DNA of 64,000 nucleotides from assembly GCA_951406725.2 (NCBI GenBank), contig OX597821.1:118730001-118794000 (forward strand), given 5' to 3'. The DNA is from Octopus vulgaris. Lineage: Eukaryota. The notes below the pieces were generated by a model, which was not told the origin of the DNA, did not search any database, and saw only the letters and a program-made list of their open reading frames with translations. The position numbers and the translations under genes are program-made. Shown piece by piece: positions 26,611 through 40,412 of the stretch. Position 1 is the first letter of the stretch, and each line of letters opens with the position of its first letter.

Positions 26611-27077
26611 GTATGTACATACATACACGTATGTACAGTTCTATATGCATATCTGTATGTATTTATGTGTAGGTAGACAGATAGAGAGACAGAGACAGAG
26701 AGGCGGTGAGAGAGATTAATTAATCAAATATATGTGTGTGTGTATCTATAAATGTTAAATCTTAAACGTAATAAAATTTGTTTTACCTCTGAAATATCGG
26801 CTCCAGCAATCAATTCGCTTCCCGATCTTTTAACAACTGATTATGTGTATTCAGTTACCTTATATAAGTGTGTCTAAAACTGCAGAAGGTACCTCATATG
26901 CATATCGAATAAATTGGACAATTGTTATTAATCGTTAAGTGTTTTATTTTTAAAACGCCAGTCACAGTATTTCCTGTTGTTGTATGTTATGAGCGATCCT
27001 TCTTTAACATTGAGTCATCTTCATTATGTATATTAACAAAGCATTGTCTGCTCCTTCCTGCAAAAGGAAGTTGGTAT

Positions 27078-29873
27078 GTTAGTTAGTTAGTTAGTTAATT
27101 TTTTGGCTCAAAAAGCAAAAAGCAAGGCCATGTAGGGGGACATGGAGTTATGTACAGGGTGGTGTTCATGTAAAGAGATCAGGCCACTAGTGGTCAAGGA
27201 AGACTTTGAAGCGAGCGGTCATCGGCATCTTCACCATCTCGTCCGGCAGCTTATTCCACGGATCCGCAACCCGGACGGAGAAAGCCCCTCTCCTTCGACT
27301 GAGATGAAATCGTCGCAGATAGAGCTTTTCGGAATGACCCCGCAGCCGACGCTCTGGAGCAGGAGTGAAGAACAGCTCTTTCGAGAGGTTACACTTTCCG
27401 CTTATGATGTTGTGTGCAAGAATGAGATCTCCATGGCGTCGTCGTTTTTCTAGAGAATAAAGGTCGAGCGTCTTCAGCCTTTCTTCATAAGACAAATTCT
27501 TGAGACCAAGACCCATGCGGGTAGCCAGCTTTTGGACTCTTTCGAGGTGCTGTATGTCTTTGAGGAGATAAGGAGAAGAGGCTTGAATCCCGTAATCCAA
27601 TATGGGTCTCACCAGCGTGACATAGAGCGGTAGGAATATGGCTGCTGTGAGCGTTCCGAATGACCGTCGAATCAAAAACAGAATTCCGCGTGCTTTGTTG
27701 GCAGCATGGACGCACTGGGCCGAAGGCGAAAAGGAGCAATCCGCCAACATACCCAGGTCCTTTACCTGATCGGTCCTCTCCAGCTGCAGACGACCCGGCT
27801 CGAAATCAAGTTGAGTTGCAGGAGGAGAGCCAACAGGCAGATGAGAGCACTTTGACACGTTTAGACACAGGTCCCATTTGTTAGACCACCTCCAGATTTG
27901 GTGGAGGCATCGACGAAGATCCTCTATATCACCGCGAGGAGCGACCAGTTTGACATCGTCGGCAAATAGAAGGGTGCGTTGCGTGAGGTCGTCGGGCAAG
28001 TCATTTATGAAGACTCAGAACAATAAGGGCTCAAGCACTGAACCTTGAGGCACGCCACTACTCACACTGGAGACGTCGGACCGCGAACCATTAACTTGGA
28101 CTTGGAAGGAGCGATCTGAGAGGAAGGCACCAACCCATCGTACAATATCCGGATGGAAACTATATGCTTGAAGCTTGACAAGTAATAGGCGGTGGTTTAC
28201 CGAGTCAAAAGCTTTGCCAAATTCCAATAAAACGATGTCAACAGCGTCACTATCATCGAGGATGCGCGTCACCAATTCTTCTATTACCAGTAAGTTGGTC
28301 AAGCATGATCTCTTCGGCACAAAGCCGTGTTGGGAATCATAGATAGAGGCTGTATTTTGGAGGTGGAGCATCATACTTTTCTTAAGGATGGTTTCGAACA
28401 TCTTGCTGATTAATGATGTAGGGGAAACCGATCGGTAGTTAAGCGGGTCTTCGCGGCTCTCTTTCTTGAAAATTGGGCAGTTTATCGCTGTTCTCCAGTC
28501 CGCAGGTATAACACCCGTCGCCTATGAGATATTAAATAGACGTGTTAAGGGCTCGCAGATGACCGGAGCCAACGCTTTGATAACATGTGGGTGTATGCCG
28601 TCAGGGCCGTGACCCTTGTTGACATCGAGGCCTTGAATAACGCGTTCGACTTCGTCCCGCGTGGTGACCAATCGTAGCATTGGAGGTACCGATCTATCAA
28701 ATGGAGGGAGTTCACGACCATCATCTTGTTTGAAAATAGTTGAAAAAGCCTCGGCAAATAATTGACTCTGTTGATAAGGGTCCTCAATCGATACGCCTGT
28801 TGAGTCTACCAACGTTGCAATTTGGTTGTTCAAGCGGGAATTCCGTTGGACATGGGCAAAGAAGGTTTTGGGATTGCTACTGGCATTTGCCGCGATTTTG
28901 TATTCATATCTGAAGCTTTCTTCCTGTTCAATTTTCACGGCTCGGTCACGTTGTGTTTTGTACACCTCTAAAGCTGCAGTCGAATCTAGATTTTTGAATT
29001 CAGCCCAAGCAATATCTCTGAGTCGAAGTTCTCGTTTAACCTTCTTCGTCACCCAGGGCTTGTGTTTCTTCTTCTTGGGAAGCCCAACAGAAACCGCCTG
29101 GTCAGTCAACCAGATTACATATGCTTTGAGGGATGACCATAGTTCGTCATCTGAGGAAAACGTCACCAGGGATCGCCAGTCCAGAAGCGCGGAAGCCTCG
29201 GTTAGAATTTCAAGATAAATTGCAGAGAAGATTCTACGTGGCAGCGAAGTAGTCGTGGGCGTAGAACAAGTTATGTGCATGACGAACTTCAGGACCGCAT
29301 GATCACTCTTGGCGAGAGGGGCGCACACAGATACGTCTGACACTGATCTTGGATAGCGGGAGAATACCAGATCCAGCATATATGGCAGCTGCCCAGACCG
29401 ATGCCTTGTTGGATATTCAACATGTTGTGATAGAAAACAATCTTCAGCCACGTCAAGAAGGGCCTGGCCGAACCGGGAAGATGATGTACAAATTGATGCG
29501 GGCCAATCGATCGTGGGAGCGATGAAGTCTCCTAATATCAAACAGTCATGAGAAGCTGACACAAATCTTATCGCTTCGAGTAAATGAGCGTCGTCATGGG
29601 GGTCGGCAAGAGGCGGCCTGTAGACAGCTAACACGGGCAGGCAAAACCCGGATAAGCTCAGCTTGCAATAGACGGCATCGAATTTTGTCGTGGGTTGAGC
29701 ATTAGTGGGTAGAATACTGCTGGACGGTTTGAGATCAGATTTAACATACACAGCAACACCTCCACCTCGCCTTTTTTCTCTGTCACATCTGAAGAGGGCG
29801 TAGCCCTGTAGGTGGATTTCTGAGTCTTTACTGCTGGAGTCAGCCACGTCTCGGTGATAGCTATCACATCTAT
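27078..29873 (-). mobile_element. CR1-clade LINE, 5'-truncated ORF2 (APE + RT) with few disruptions and (TAAC)n tail
   Basis: IAITETWL, GGGVAVYVK, VYRPP, ILGDF, LDLVFS, SDHAVL, GPDGIHP, QHGF..KRSCLTNL, KAFDSV, GVPQGSVL, FADDVKL, LERVQKLATR; tail gttagttagttagttagtt at 27078. Confidence 0.93.
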
Positions 29874-31293
29874 GAATAGATGTCCAATGGATTAAAATAT
29901 TGGGTTCCTCGCCAATATGAGACTTGTTGTGTTGCACATTATCTCACCCTCATCATCGAATCTACCTTACCTACACAGATTTATCGGGTACCATAAGTCA
30001 GGTGCCGAAGTGATCGCAGAGCAACATGGATGTGATGAAAGGTTTTTCTCAACAACACAGCGCACCCACGATTCCTTTATCGTGAGTGCAAAACCCTTCA
30101 CCACGGGGCAATCTCCCCTCCACATCAATTATATTAGCAAGATCCTATAATACGCCTGTTAACATACAAGTAGCAATTTTTATCTTCATAGCGCTCCCCT
30201 AAAACAAAACCCAGTGATTCCATTGTATATTGGGTTGGCAATAATTTCCCCAGGACATCACCTCGTCTCTCTAGTTTCTAAAATGCAGGCCCGAAGAATT
30301 GTCCCCGTGTGCCATTGAAAGGTTTCAGACTCGCTTCTAATTGATGTTTGTTGTTCACTGATGACATGGCGTTATACAAAATACTAAAACCAGGCCAATA
30401 TTAGACACATGTTTGTTTTTCTTTTAGAAATAGTGTTGTTGTTGTTGTCGTTTTTGCTCATTTCTATGAACAAAGGCGTTCTAACTTTAGCCATCTAATG
30501 TTTTATTCCAGCATTATTCACTATGTTATTTGCCATTTAAAATAGGGGTTTGTGATTTGAGGGAGATTTGGCAGCTAGTTCAAGGTGCTCGATCGAGTGC
30601 GCACAAAGCATATTCTCGTCGCTTGTCAATGTTTGCTGATTGAGTAAAGCAATGGTCAGAGATGTTCCAGTCGTGGTCATCTCGTCGATTTACTTGTACT
30701 ACTTTGCTTGTTGTGTTCTGTCATTAATTAAGAGGATAGTTTGTGAGATGGTGGAAGCTGGTTATTATTACTTAACATGCTGAGCGACAACGTATATCTT
30801 TGTCCCGAATGCTTATGGTGGAGATGACAGCGCAAATGCTCAACTGATCAGCATTCATTAGATCCGAAATCCACATCAACAAACATTATCGTAATATACC
30901 ACAACATTATGTGGGTGTTAATGTTCATAGATCTCCCCGGCATCATTCAGTTTAATACAATGCCGACCTTACTATCAAGACGAACCACCAACCTGTTAAA
31001 TGACATCTTGCACTAAATTATTCTGCCATTAACAGATGAATGAGAGTGATTTTCAACAAGATTTTCCCCCGAAAAGTGTTTAAAATGGTACACGAGATAT
31101 CCCAAGTACAACACGAGCTCTATCTTCGTTAGTGGCCAACTGACAGGCAAATCTGTGGCATTGAGCAGAATTTCGGTCGCTGCTCCCCTTTACAATCAGA
31201 TAAAACATGTACATGGTAACACTTTCAGTCAGTTAAAATCAAAAGCTATGAGTCATACGTCGTATTGCAACAGGATATATTATTATTATTATT

Positions 31294-32231
31294 CTATGTT
31301 TGACTTTTGCTTTATATTTGTACAATTTGGCTCCAAGTCTCACCCAGAGACCTCAAGAGACAACAGGGTTGGAAGTTCATGTTGTTGTTATGCCTAGTGT
31401 GCCATATATTTGGGGGGTGGGGATGTTGTACTAATGAATGTCTAAAAAAAAAAAGTTTTTTTTTTTTTAAACCGAAAATTATGGTTGTTTTAAACCTTGA
31501 GGTTACATAGAGAGTATTTTGCGTAGGATATGAGCAGTTCCCATGAGCACTATCTTTTGAACTTCTGCCATTTTGGGTTTCCTGGTATCTGAGTTAGGTA
31601 GCTATCAGCCCCTTTTGCTATCATTCCCAGGGCACCTATGACAACAGGTATTGTTTTAGTCTTCAGCTTCCACATTTTGCTGATTTCTATTTCAAGATCT
31701 TTATATTTGCTCAGTTTTTGGTAGGTCCTGACAGATACGTTTATATCGATTGGGACAGTCATATCAATGAGGAGGCATGTTCTTTGTTTGAAGTCTTTCA
31801 ATATGATGTCTGGCCTATTTGCATCTATCTTCCTGTCAGTTTGAATGGTGAAGTTCCAGAGGAGTGAGATGTGGTCATTTTCAAGCACTGGGGGTGGTTT
31901 GTGTTCCCACCAGATTTTTTCATGGGGCAAATCCAGGTTTTTACAGATTACCCAGTGAATATATTGTGCAGCTCTATCATGCCTGTTGAGATACTCTGTA
32001 GGCGCTAGAAGACTGCACTTGGAGACCACATGGGCAATGGTTTCATTTTGTTGCTTGCATACACGACACGTTGGACTGCTTCTGATCTTTAATATGTTGG
32101 CCTGGTAGTTTCTTGTTGGTAGGCATTGATCTTGAGCTGCTATGATAAACCCCTCTGTTTCAGATTTTAAGCCAGAGGCCATTAGCCATTGATGGGTCAG
32201 GGCTTTGTCGATATCTGCATTATTCGCTCTC

Positions 32232-32232
<1 letters not shown>
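31294..32232 (-). mobile_element. R4/Dong-clade LINE 3' fragment (CCHC + PD-(D/E)xK RLE) in (TAA)n
   Basis: ORF 31550-32182: ETEGFIIAAQDQ, CRVC..ETIAHVVSKC, RHD, NRPDII, LIDMTVP, KLSKYKDL, PVVIGALG; (TAT)n flanks on both sides. Confidence 0.9.
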
Positions 32233-32266
<34 letters not shown>

Positions 32267-32287
32267 ATTATTATTATTATTATTATA

Positions 32288-32343
<56 letters not shown>

Positions 32344-32369
32344 CATCATCATTATTATTATTATTATTA

Positions 32370-32404
<35 letters not shown>

Positions 32405-32418
32405 GTTGTTGTTGTTGG

Positions 32419-32467
<49 letters not shown>

Positions 32468-32470
32468 ATT
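32233..32470. repeat. (TAT)n/(TGT)n microsatellite
   Basis: Visible trinucleotide runs. Confidence 0.95.
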
Positions 32471-33460
32471 TCTTCAAATTTTCTTCCATTTCTTGCCGAG
32501 TGTTTTACGTACACATAGGGCAGAGAAGCTCATTGTATGCATTCCCAGATTGCACACGCAAATTCACAGGTAAAATATGTATTTAAAAAAATTAAGAAAT
32601 AAATAAATTCATGAATGGATGTTGTTTTCACAGCGACAATGCTCTTCTCAGTACATGAGTCGTTCCAGTTAACACGATTTTTTGCACTTCCTGTCGGGAT
32701 GGTAAGCCTGGTGTCATTTTCAAATAGGTTTCAGTACCTTTTCTTTATCATTCCTAGAGATCCTACAATTGCTGGTACTGTAGTCACCTTGAGATGCCAC
32801 ATTTTTTCAATTTCTATTAGCAGGTCTTTATATTTACTAATCTTGTCAAATTCTTTCGCAAGGAATACTCATGTCAATTAATAAACACACCTTTTTTGTC
32901 TGATCTTTTATAATGATATCCGGTTTATTATATTTTATAGTTTTGCCGGTGTGTACGGAGAAATCCCACAGAATCGACTCCTTTTCTCCCTAAGTTACAG
33001 CATCGGGAGGGTGTTTATACCATTTGTCAGCGGTTTTGATTTTATAATGCCGACATATTGTCCAGTGTAAACACTGGCCGACTCTGTCATGTCTTGCTTT
33101 ATATTCTACAGGTGCTAAGACTCTACACCCTGAGATTAGGTGGTCTATTGTTTCGATCTCATCGTTACAGAATCGGCATTTTGGGTCAACTCCATTTTCA
33201 TCACATTGGCTTGGTAGTTCCTGGTTAATAAGTTTTGTTCATGAGCAGCTAATATGAAAACTTCACTCTCTGCTTTTGGCCCTGAGCTTCGTAACCATTG
33301 ATGCGTGTGTTTCTGGTCGACATCAACTTGTTTGCTACGGGCCACTTACTTGCCATGCAGAGGTTTCTCTTCCCATCTGCAAGCTAATTTTTAATGTGCT
33401 TTTATTTTCGTAATTAATTTTCTTTTCTTTGCAGCAGCTGTTGGCGCATTTCCTTCAACC
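32470..33460 (-). mobile_element. Second, more decayed R4/Dong LINE 3' fragment
   Basis: HQWLRSSGPKAESEVFILAAHEQNLLTRNYQAN, then remnants of RHD, KPDII, KYKDL and VPAIVGSLG. Confidence 0.8.
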
Positions 33461-33626
33461 TGATAAATATAGGACGAAAGCTACCGTTGATTAGCTCCAA
33501 GAGACCATCGCCTCTAGCTAGCTATTTGATACAGGAACCTGTGTCCATTATAACCTTCGAACAGGGGAGGTCAGCCGCTTCCCCTTGCTTTATTATAATA
33601 TTATACACTTTGAACCCATATTATTA

Positions 33627-33694
<68 letters not shown>

Positions 33695-33729
33695 TTTTTT
33701 TTATTGTCGTTGTTATTGCTGTTGTTTAG

Positions 33730-36700
33730 AGCGCTCCGTAAGTTGGGATTTTGTTGTGGCTTTTTGAAGGTTTTTGACCGTTTTGTTTGTTTTTGTTTTG
33801 TGAACCCTTTTTGCTGTGCAGAAGGGGTTCTTTTGTTAAAAGTTCTTCCTTTTAGGATCGAATTTTGGACTGTTTCTCAATCAAAAATATATTTTTTTTT
33901 TTTGCTTTTCGTCAAACGAAGAACAAGATGGTTTCCTCTGTCGAGGGGAGTGACAGCGGCTGTTCTGATGGCCAGCACTGCGAAGATTTCACCCCCTCTG
34001 AAGAGCACAGGTACCAACACCACTAACAGCACCAACACTACCATTAACAGGGGAAAAGAAGAAAAGAGCACCACCAACACCGTCATGAACACAGACAAAA
34101 ATGAAAAATCAAACAGGAACAACAACGACAAACCAAGCGGCAACGATTTCGCCTCGGCGGCGAAACAAACCAGGCAAGGAATTCAGTTAACTATCGATCA
34201 CTTAAGAAATGTAAAGGGGCTGTTTAGGAAGGAGGGGCATAATCCCTTACTTAACACACCACGAAAATTGATAAAAGAAACGCAGAAAAAAACGGTGATC
34301 TACAGAACATTAAATATTTTTTGAAAAAAGAGTGAAACGAGCAACTCAACAGCCATTGGAAATAGCATTAAAACCAGAATGGAAGCGGAAAACATATGTG
34401 AGGCGTGGAAGACGCTTCGGCCCTGTAGAAGTGCGTTTTGCAACAGAAGAAGAAGCAAAGCAGCATGTCACTGTGACATTTATAAACTGAAGAATTCCTG
34501 CTCGTGCCGACATTGTTAAGTCGGCAGGTTACAAAGGTAAAAATTAGGGAGGTGGCCCCGAAATGAATATATGCTGACTTGTACCGGCTGTCCTCTTTGA
34601 TATAGAGGATACCGCCACAATACTGGAGGTTCATAAATTGCACCAACAAAATTGGACGGGCCATTGATTGGAACTCCTCGTTCAAAATGAACAATAATCC
34701 CTAAATTCTATCCTTGGTTCTATAAATTTAGCAGACGGCACGAGGCTAATCGTGGCCGTGGAGGGCAGGAGGCCGAGGTGCTACTTTTGTGAAAATGATC
34801 AGCACCTCAAGGTCGACTGCCCCAAATACAAAGAGATGCGACGGAAGCTACAAGCGACAGTAAAAACGGTGGCACCTCCAGTGCAGCAGCAGCAGAAACC
34901 AATCCCATCTCCACCAGCAACAGCAACAGCGACGCCACCTCCAACCGTCGCCACTACAACCTCAAACTACAAAACACACTGCACAACACAAACAGACTGC
35001 ACAAACACCACCAACCTCACACCCATCAACACCGACAATATACACCTTGTCGAATACATTAGAGAAAACACAGACACCACAATGGAAGACTTTGTCTTCC
35101 CAACACACAATGCACCATCACCACACATACAAATTTCTGAAAGTAACACAGGACACCTACAACACATTAAAAATTAATTTTTCAAATGCTGTTGGGTCAT
35201 TCCAAAAAACATTCTCTAAGAGACTATATGAAAATCTCGTGGAAACGCCCACAAGAAAGACCAAGAGGTCATCCCTGCTAGACAACAGTGGTAAGTAGAG
35301 CTCTTCTCCATTCTAAATTTATTCTACCAAGGTGATGCTTAGAATAGGTCATATAAATGTCAGGGGCCTCGGGTGGCCTGGAAACAGAGTCACCTTTCAA
35401 ATGACCTGAGGTTCCTTAGTGTAGATGTTGCATTCATTAGTGAATCCAGTCTATCCGACCCACGGGACCTCATCACCTTTTTCGGTGGATACGAGATTTT
35501 TCTATCTCCGTGTCGGTCGAAAAGGGACGGTGGTGGTTCTGTGGTGCTCTTCAAGAAGGGTGTATATTTGAAAATAAAAGCAGCTTTCCTGGATCCAGAA
35601 GGTAAGTTGGTGGTCCAGAAGGTAAGAGAAGGTGGGTAACGATGTTGGCAGGGTAAGACAAATTCATATTATTTATGTCGCAACCGAAGCAAGGCTCGAT
35701 AACCTCACTAGCTCCTCCTGGTCCCCCCCCCCAAAAAAAAATTAGATGAATCTAAAGCCTTTGATAGGGTCGACGATCAATAATTGGCTGCTGTCCTCAA
35801 GGCAGCTGGTTTCGGTCCATATTTTTTCCGGTTGGAAAGCTGCTTTGTACAGCTGCATCTGCTCGGTTGTTCGTGTGAATGGTCACCGGTCTGCGTTCGG
35901 TCCGTCAAGGCTGCTCTCTCTCTCTGTCTCTCCTCCCTTCTGTATGTACTGACTCTTGAACCATTTACTGCAGAAGCTGGGGGCGTTGAGGGGTGTCCCG
36001 TGTGATCTAGTATGCGAGAGAAATGCATCTGCTTACGCTGATGATGTCCCCGTCGTAGTGTCGAGCCACAGGCATATAGACCTGACATTCGAAACACTAC
36101 AGGAATATGAAGCGATAACAGGAGCGAAAATTAACCCGGAAAAGTCAGCGGGCTTGCAGCTCGGCACATGGAGAGGCAAGGCCATGCGGTCCAACAGCGT
36201 CGTGCTACGCTGGACAGACAGTCTCAACAAGTTGCTCGGAGTCTGGTTTGGTCCGGACGTCCAAGTGGAGAAGAACTGGGAAGAAGTGACGAGAAGGGTA
36301 GCCAATCTCACCCAGAAATAGACCAAGTGGAAGCTGTCCCTGAAAGATTGAGCGGAGTGACGAACGCGTACATGGCACCTATCATCTCCTACCGCTTGAC
36401 TGTCGTCCCTTGTCCTGTTTCCTGGTTGACCAAGCTTGTGCGCTTACTCGTCCGTTTTATGTGGCAGATGCAAGTTCCACTGGTCAGGTGCTCTATCTGC
36501 TGTCAATAGCTGCTGAGTGGAGGACTGGGCATGCCCTGGTTACTGATGCGAAGACGTGCGCTGAGGTTGCTGCATCTCCAGCCTTTCCTTGACGGTGAGC
36601 AGGTGTGATCACCGTTTGTAAGAGGCACTTTTCCACAGCTCGTCTTTTTGACTGAGCGGCAATCCTGGACTGGTCGTAGACCGAAGAAGGGCGCTTGGCA

Positions 36701-37160
36701 GTCCTCCACCAGGAGGGGCAATGCAGGCGGTGATACTTCCACTCCAATGTTCTAAAGTGGGCTAGTGAAGGGAAAGCGCGACGACGTTCTCAGGGAAACT
36801 CTGGGTGTCGATGAAGATCAACTAACCGATATGTTTCGCAGCACTTTCAGGCCTGAGCCTATGGATAACTTCAAGAAATCCCTTGCCTGACAGTGCTACC
36901 GAGGGGAGCTGTCTGTTTGGGATAAAATTTATAGGCACGGAAATGCCATCAGCCGGGCCCATGCGAGGTGCGCCCAGAAAGATGAAACTGTTCTGTACGC
37001 CCTACTCTAGTGCCCAAGTATTGCTGACCGGTGGGTTTATGTCGAACACCTACTGCACACACATCTTTCCTGTCCGAGCATATCTGGTCAACAAAAAGCA
37101 ATAAAATCACAGGGTCAGTATTTTGGGCATCCAGAAATGCTTCAAACAGCTTTGCACACA
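33730..37160 (+). mobile_element. L1/Tx1-clade LINE, internally deleted (ORF1 with CCHC knuckle; ORF2 APE and RT remnants)
   Basis: ORF1 remnants with CYFCENDQHLKVDC; ORF2 start MLRIGHINVRGL at about 35335; KAFDRVD, LSPLLYVLTLEPL, SAYADDV, GAKINPEKS. Begins next to (TAT)n. Confidence 0.88.
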
Positions 37161-37176
37161 TACATACATACATACA

Positions 37177-37208
<32 letters not shown>

Positions 37209-37754
37209 ACGTACATACATTCATGCATGTGTGCATGTATGTGTGCATGTGTGGATGCCTGTATGTGTGTATGTGTGTGTATGTATGTGTGTATGTATGT
37301 AAGTGTGTATGTATGTAAGTGTGTACGTATGTGTGGAGGTATGTATGCATGTGTGCATACATAAATGCAAGCATACCTCCATACATACAGGCATAGATAC
37401 ATACACACATTCATACATATATATATACACAGAAACACACATTCACACCTTCATTCATATATACATACATATATACACACACACATGCATACATACATAC
37501 GTACATACATACACACATACATGAACAGGGACATACATGCCAACAAATATATACACACGCACGGATATAAATACATACATATAATGATATACATACACAC
37601 ATACGTACATACATATATACATGTATGTATGTATTTGTTTATTTACATATGTATGTACGTGTACGTATGTATAAATGTATGCGTGTATCTATGCATGTGT
37701 GTATGTATGTACAAACACTCATACATACCCACAAGCATACGCACATACATACAT

Positions 37755-38020
37755 GATGGCTGCCCCCTCGTCATCGAGTATGGCCATTGTGCAAAGGCTT
37801 AATCAATGTTGTTATCGTGCAATGCCTGTGCAAGCAGATTTTTTTTTTAAGTGAGGAAAGGCTGTGCACTGAGTCAATCCCACTCACTAAGAAACAGCAG
37901 CCATAATCCGAACAGAAGAACAAGTCAACATCATCGGTAACCACTGAGCCGCAGGTTTTATGTCGGAGTTATCCCAGTTACCTTAGCTACCTTCTCCTAG
38001 AAGGATGCCCTAACAAAGGC
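37755..38020 (-). mobile_element. Short RTE derivative (5' UTR piece fused to 3' tail)
   Basis: About 37797-38020 matches about 22878-23103 of the RTE; atggctgccccctcgtcatcgagtatggc matches the RTE 3' end at 19204-19231. Confidence 0.75.
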
Positions 38021-38196
38021 ACAACAAATACACACATAAACACATATAAACACACACACATGCTTATATAAATACATGCATACACTCATACATACATACA
38101 TACAAACATACACATATTCATACATACATACACACGTTCATACACACAAACATACAAGTATACTTAGACACCAACACACATACATATATACATGCA

Positions 38197-38250
<54 letters not shown>

Positions 38251-38614
38251 TGCATAAACTCATAGATGTTTATACAGTCACATATCTATGTTCTTTTCAA
38301 TTGTTTGAGTCATTGAATTGCGTTTTCCAAAACTTTATCTCATAATTCATTCCTAGTATCCTCAAACACACTTTAGAACCGGCTGCCTGTGAATCTATAC
38401 GCCTTCTTCTAATTTAACCACTCAACAACTCAAGTGTTCTTCGTTGCTCAATACTCGTTTTGTAATCTCCCATCTATATATAGCTGAAGAACAGTTTCCC
38501 TTTGTTTTCTTTCTACATCCTTCTTTCCTTTTTGACACTAAATCCACATTTTCTAAACAATTGCATCGAAATTAAGAACCCTAATTTACTAATGTTCAAA
38601 TGTCATTTTTATAT

Positions 38615-38670
<56 letters not shown>

Positions 38671-39847
38671 TTATTCAACTTGTAAATTGTGAATTAATTT
38701 GTATATCTAAATAAAGAAATTCTAACGAGCTTTAATGGGGTATACAGCTTTACAGCGTAACATCAATATGTTAATTTTAGATGTTAAAAAAATCTTAATT
38801 ATCATAATTTAGAGTACCATTTAACTTAAGGACAACATGTAACGCTTCATATTTTATTGGGTTTTTTTTTTTTGGCATTTAAAATTCATTCTGAAATCCC
38901 CAAAAGGCAATAAAATCACTGAGTCAGTATTTTGGGAACCCAAAATTACTTAATACAGCTTTGCATCTGCGAAACATAGAAATGTTCAGATCATTTATCA
39001 CTGTTGCGGAGATGTTTTTCCACTTTCGGTTAATAATGTTTTAAAAAATTCTCCTTATTCCTTGTTTTAATACTTTTCACAGCTCTACCCAACCATTCCC
39101 AAGGATTTTCGATGGGTTTCAGCTCGGGCGACAACGCTGGCCACTATATCAACCGAAATCTCTTAGGTATAATGTAATTTCTGACTTGGTACGAGGTGAC
39201 ATTCAGTTGGTTGTCATGATGGAAAGTCCAAATGCTTTCGGGCGTATGGAGGCATAGTATTATTCAATATTTCTAAATAGGACTTACTATCCATTCGGAT
39301 TATAGAACTGACGTCTTTTCCAGACATACACACTTACATCATCACATTCCGCCAGAGTGCCTAATTTAAGGTTGGATGCATTTTGGATGGAATTCTTCAC
39401 CTATACGCCTTCTTACATACTTCCTGACAACACTGCGGAACAAGATGAACTTTGATTCGTCCGACCACAACACACTCGTCCAATCTGCTGGACTCCATTT
39501 CAAATGTTCTTTAACGGGCAAATCGATTTTTCAAATACAAACATACACACATACATGCATAGACACTCATACATACATACACTCATACATTCATACATAC
39601 AGACATTCTCACATACATACATGGTGAGTAAAGAAATTGACAGTTCATGAGTACATGCGCCATTTCACGAGTCTTATTTTTCTTCCAGCAGAGTGTCCAA
39701 CAACGCCCTCGTCACCAAGCAAGCCTGGTGGGGTTGCCGGTTTAGTCGCCGACGACCCGACCATGTAACAGGTTGTACTGGGTTACATGTTCCCAGTAGC
39801 ACTCAAGAGCGACATACATACATACATATATACATACATACATACAT

Positions 39848-39902
<55 letters not shown>

Positions 39903-39916
39903 TGATGGCCGTCCAT

Positions 39917-40412
39917 GAACATGTATCATACATCAAAATGAAGCTGGTTCTCAGTGGATCGCATCCCTACTCCACAACATAGTTGCCGTTTCTCTCAAAA
40001 GCAATGTTCCACCTTCGAATGACTGCATGTATCCCAGCCCCATAAAATTCGGTTGAATGTTCTTTGAGCCATTTCTTCAATACCTCCACCCTCACCAGAT
40101 TTAGCACCTCAGACTATCATCTCTTCGGCGCAACAAAAGAGGGTTTGAGAGGCAAACATTATACCAGTGACGAGGAATTAAGAAATGTGGTGAAAAAGTG
40201 GCTCAAAGAACATTCAACAGAATTTTACAGGGCAGGAATACATACTCTCATTCGAAGAAGGAACATTGCTTTTGAGAGAAACGATAACTATATTAAAGAG
40301 TCGAGATGTGATCCACTGGGGCCAAGATTCATTTTGATGTATGATACATGTTCCTGTGTTGGTAATTATACCTTTCCTCAACAAAATGGCATTACTTTTT
40401 GACGCACCCTCG
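39917..40412 (+). mobile_element. Mariner-derived foldback module
   Basis: ORF 40064-40402 is the mariner C-terminus, followed by the TIR. Confidence 0.8.
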
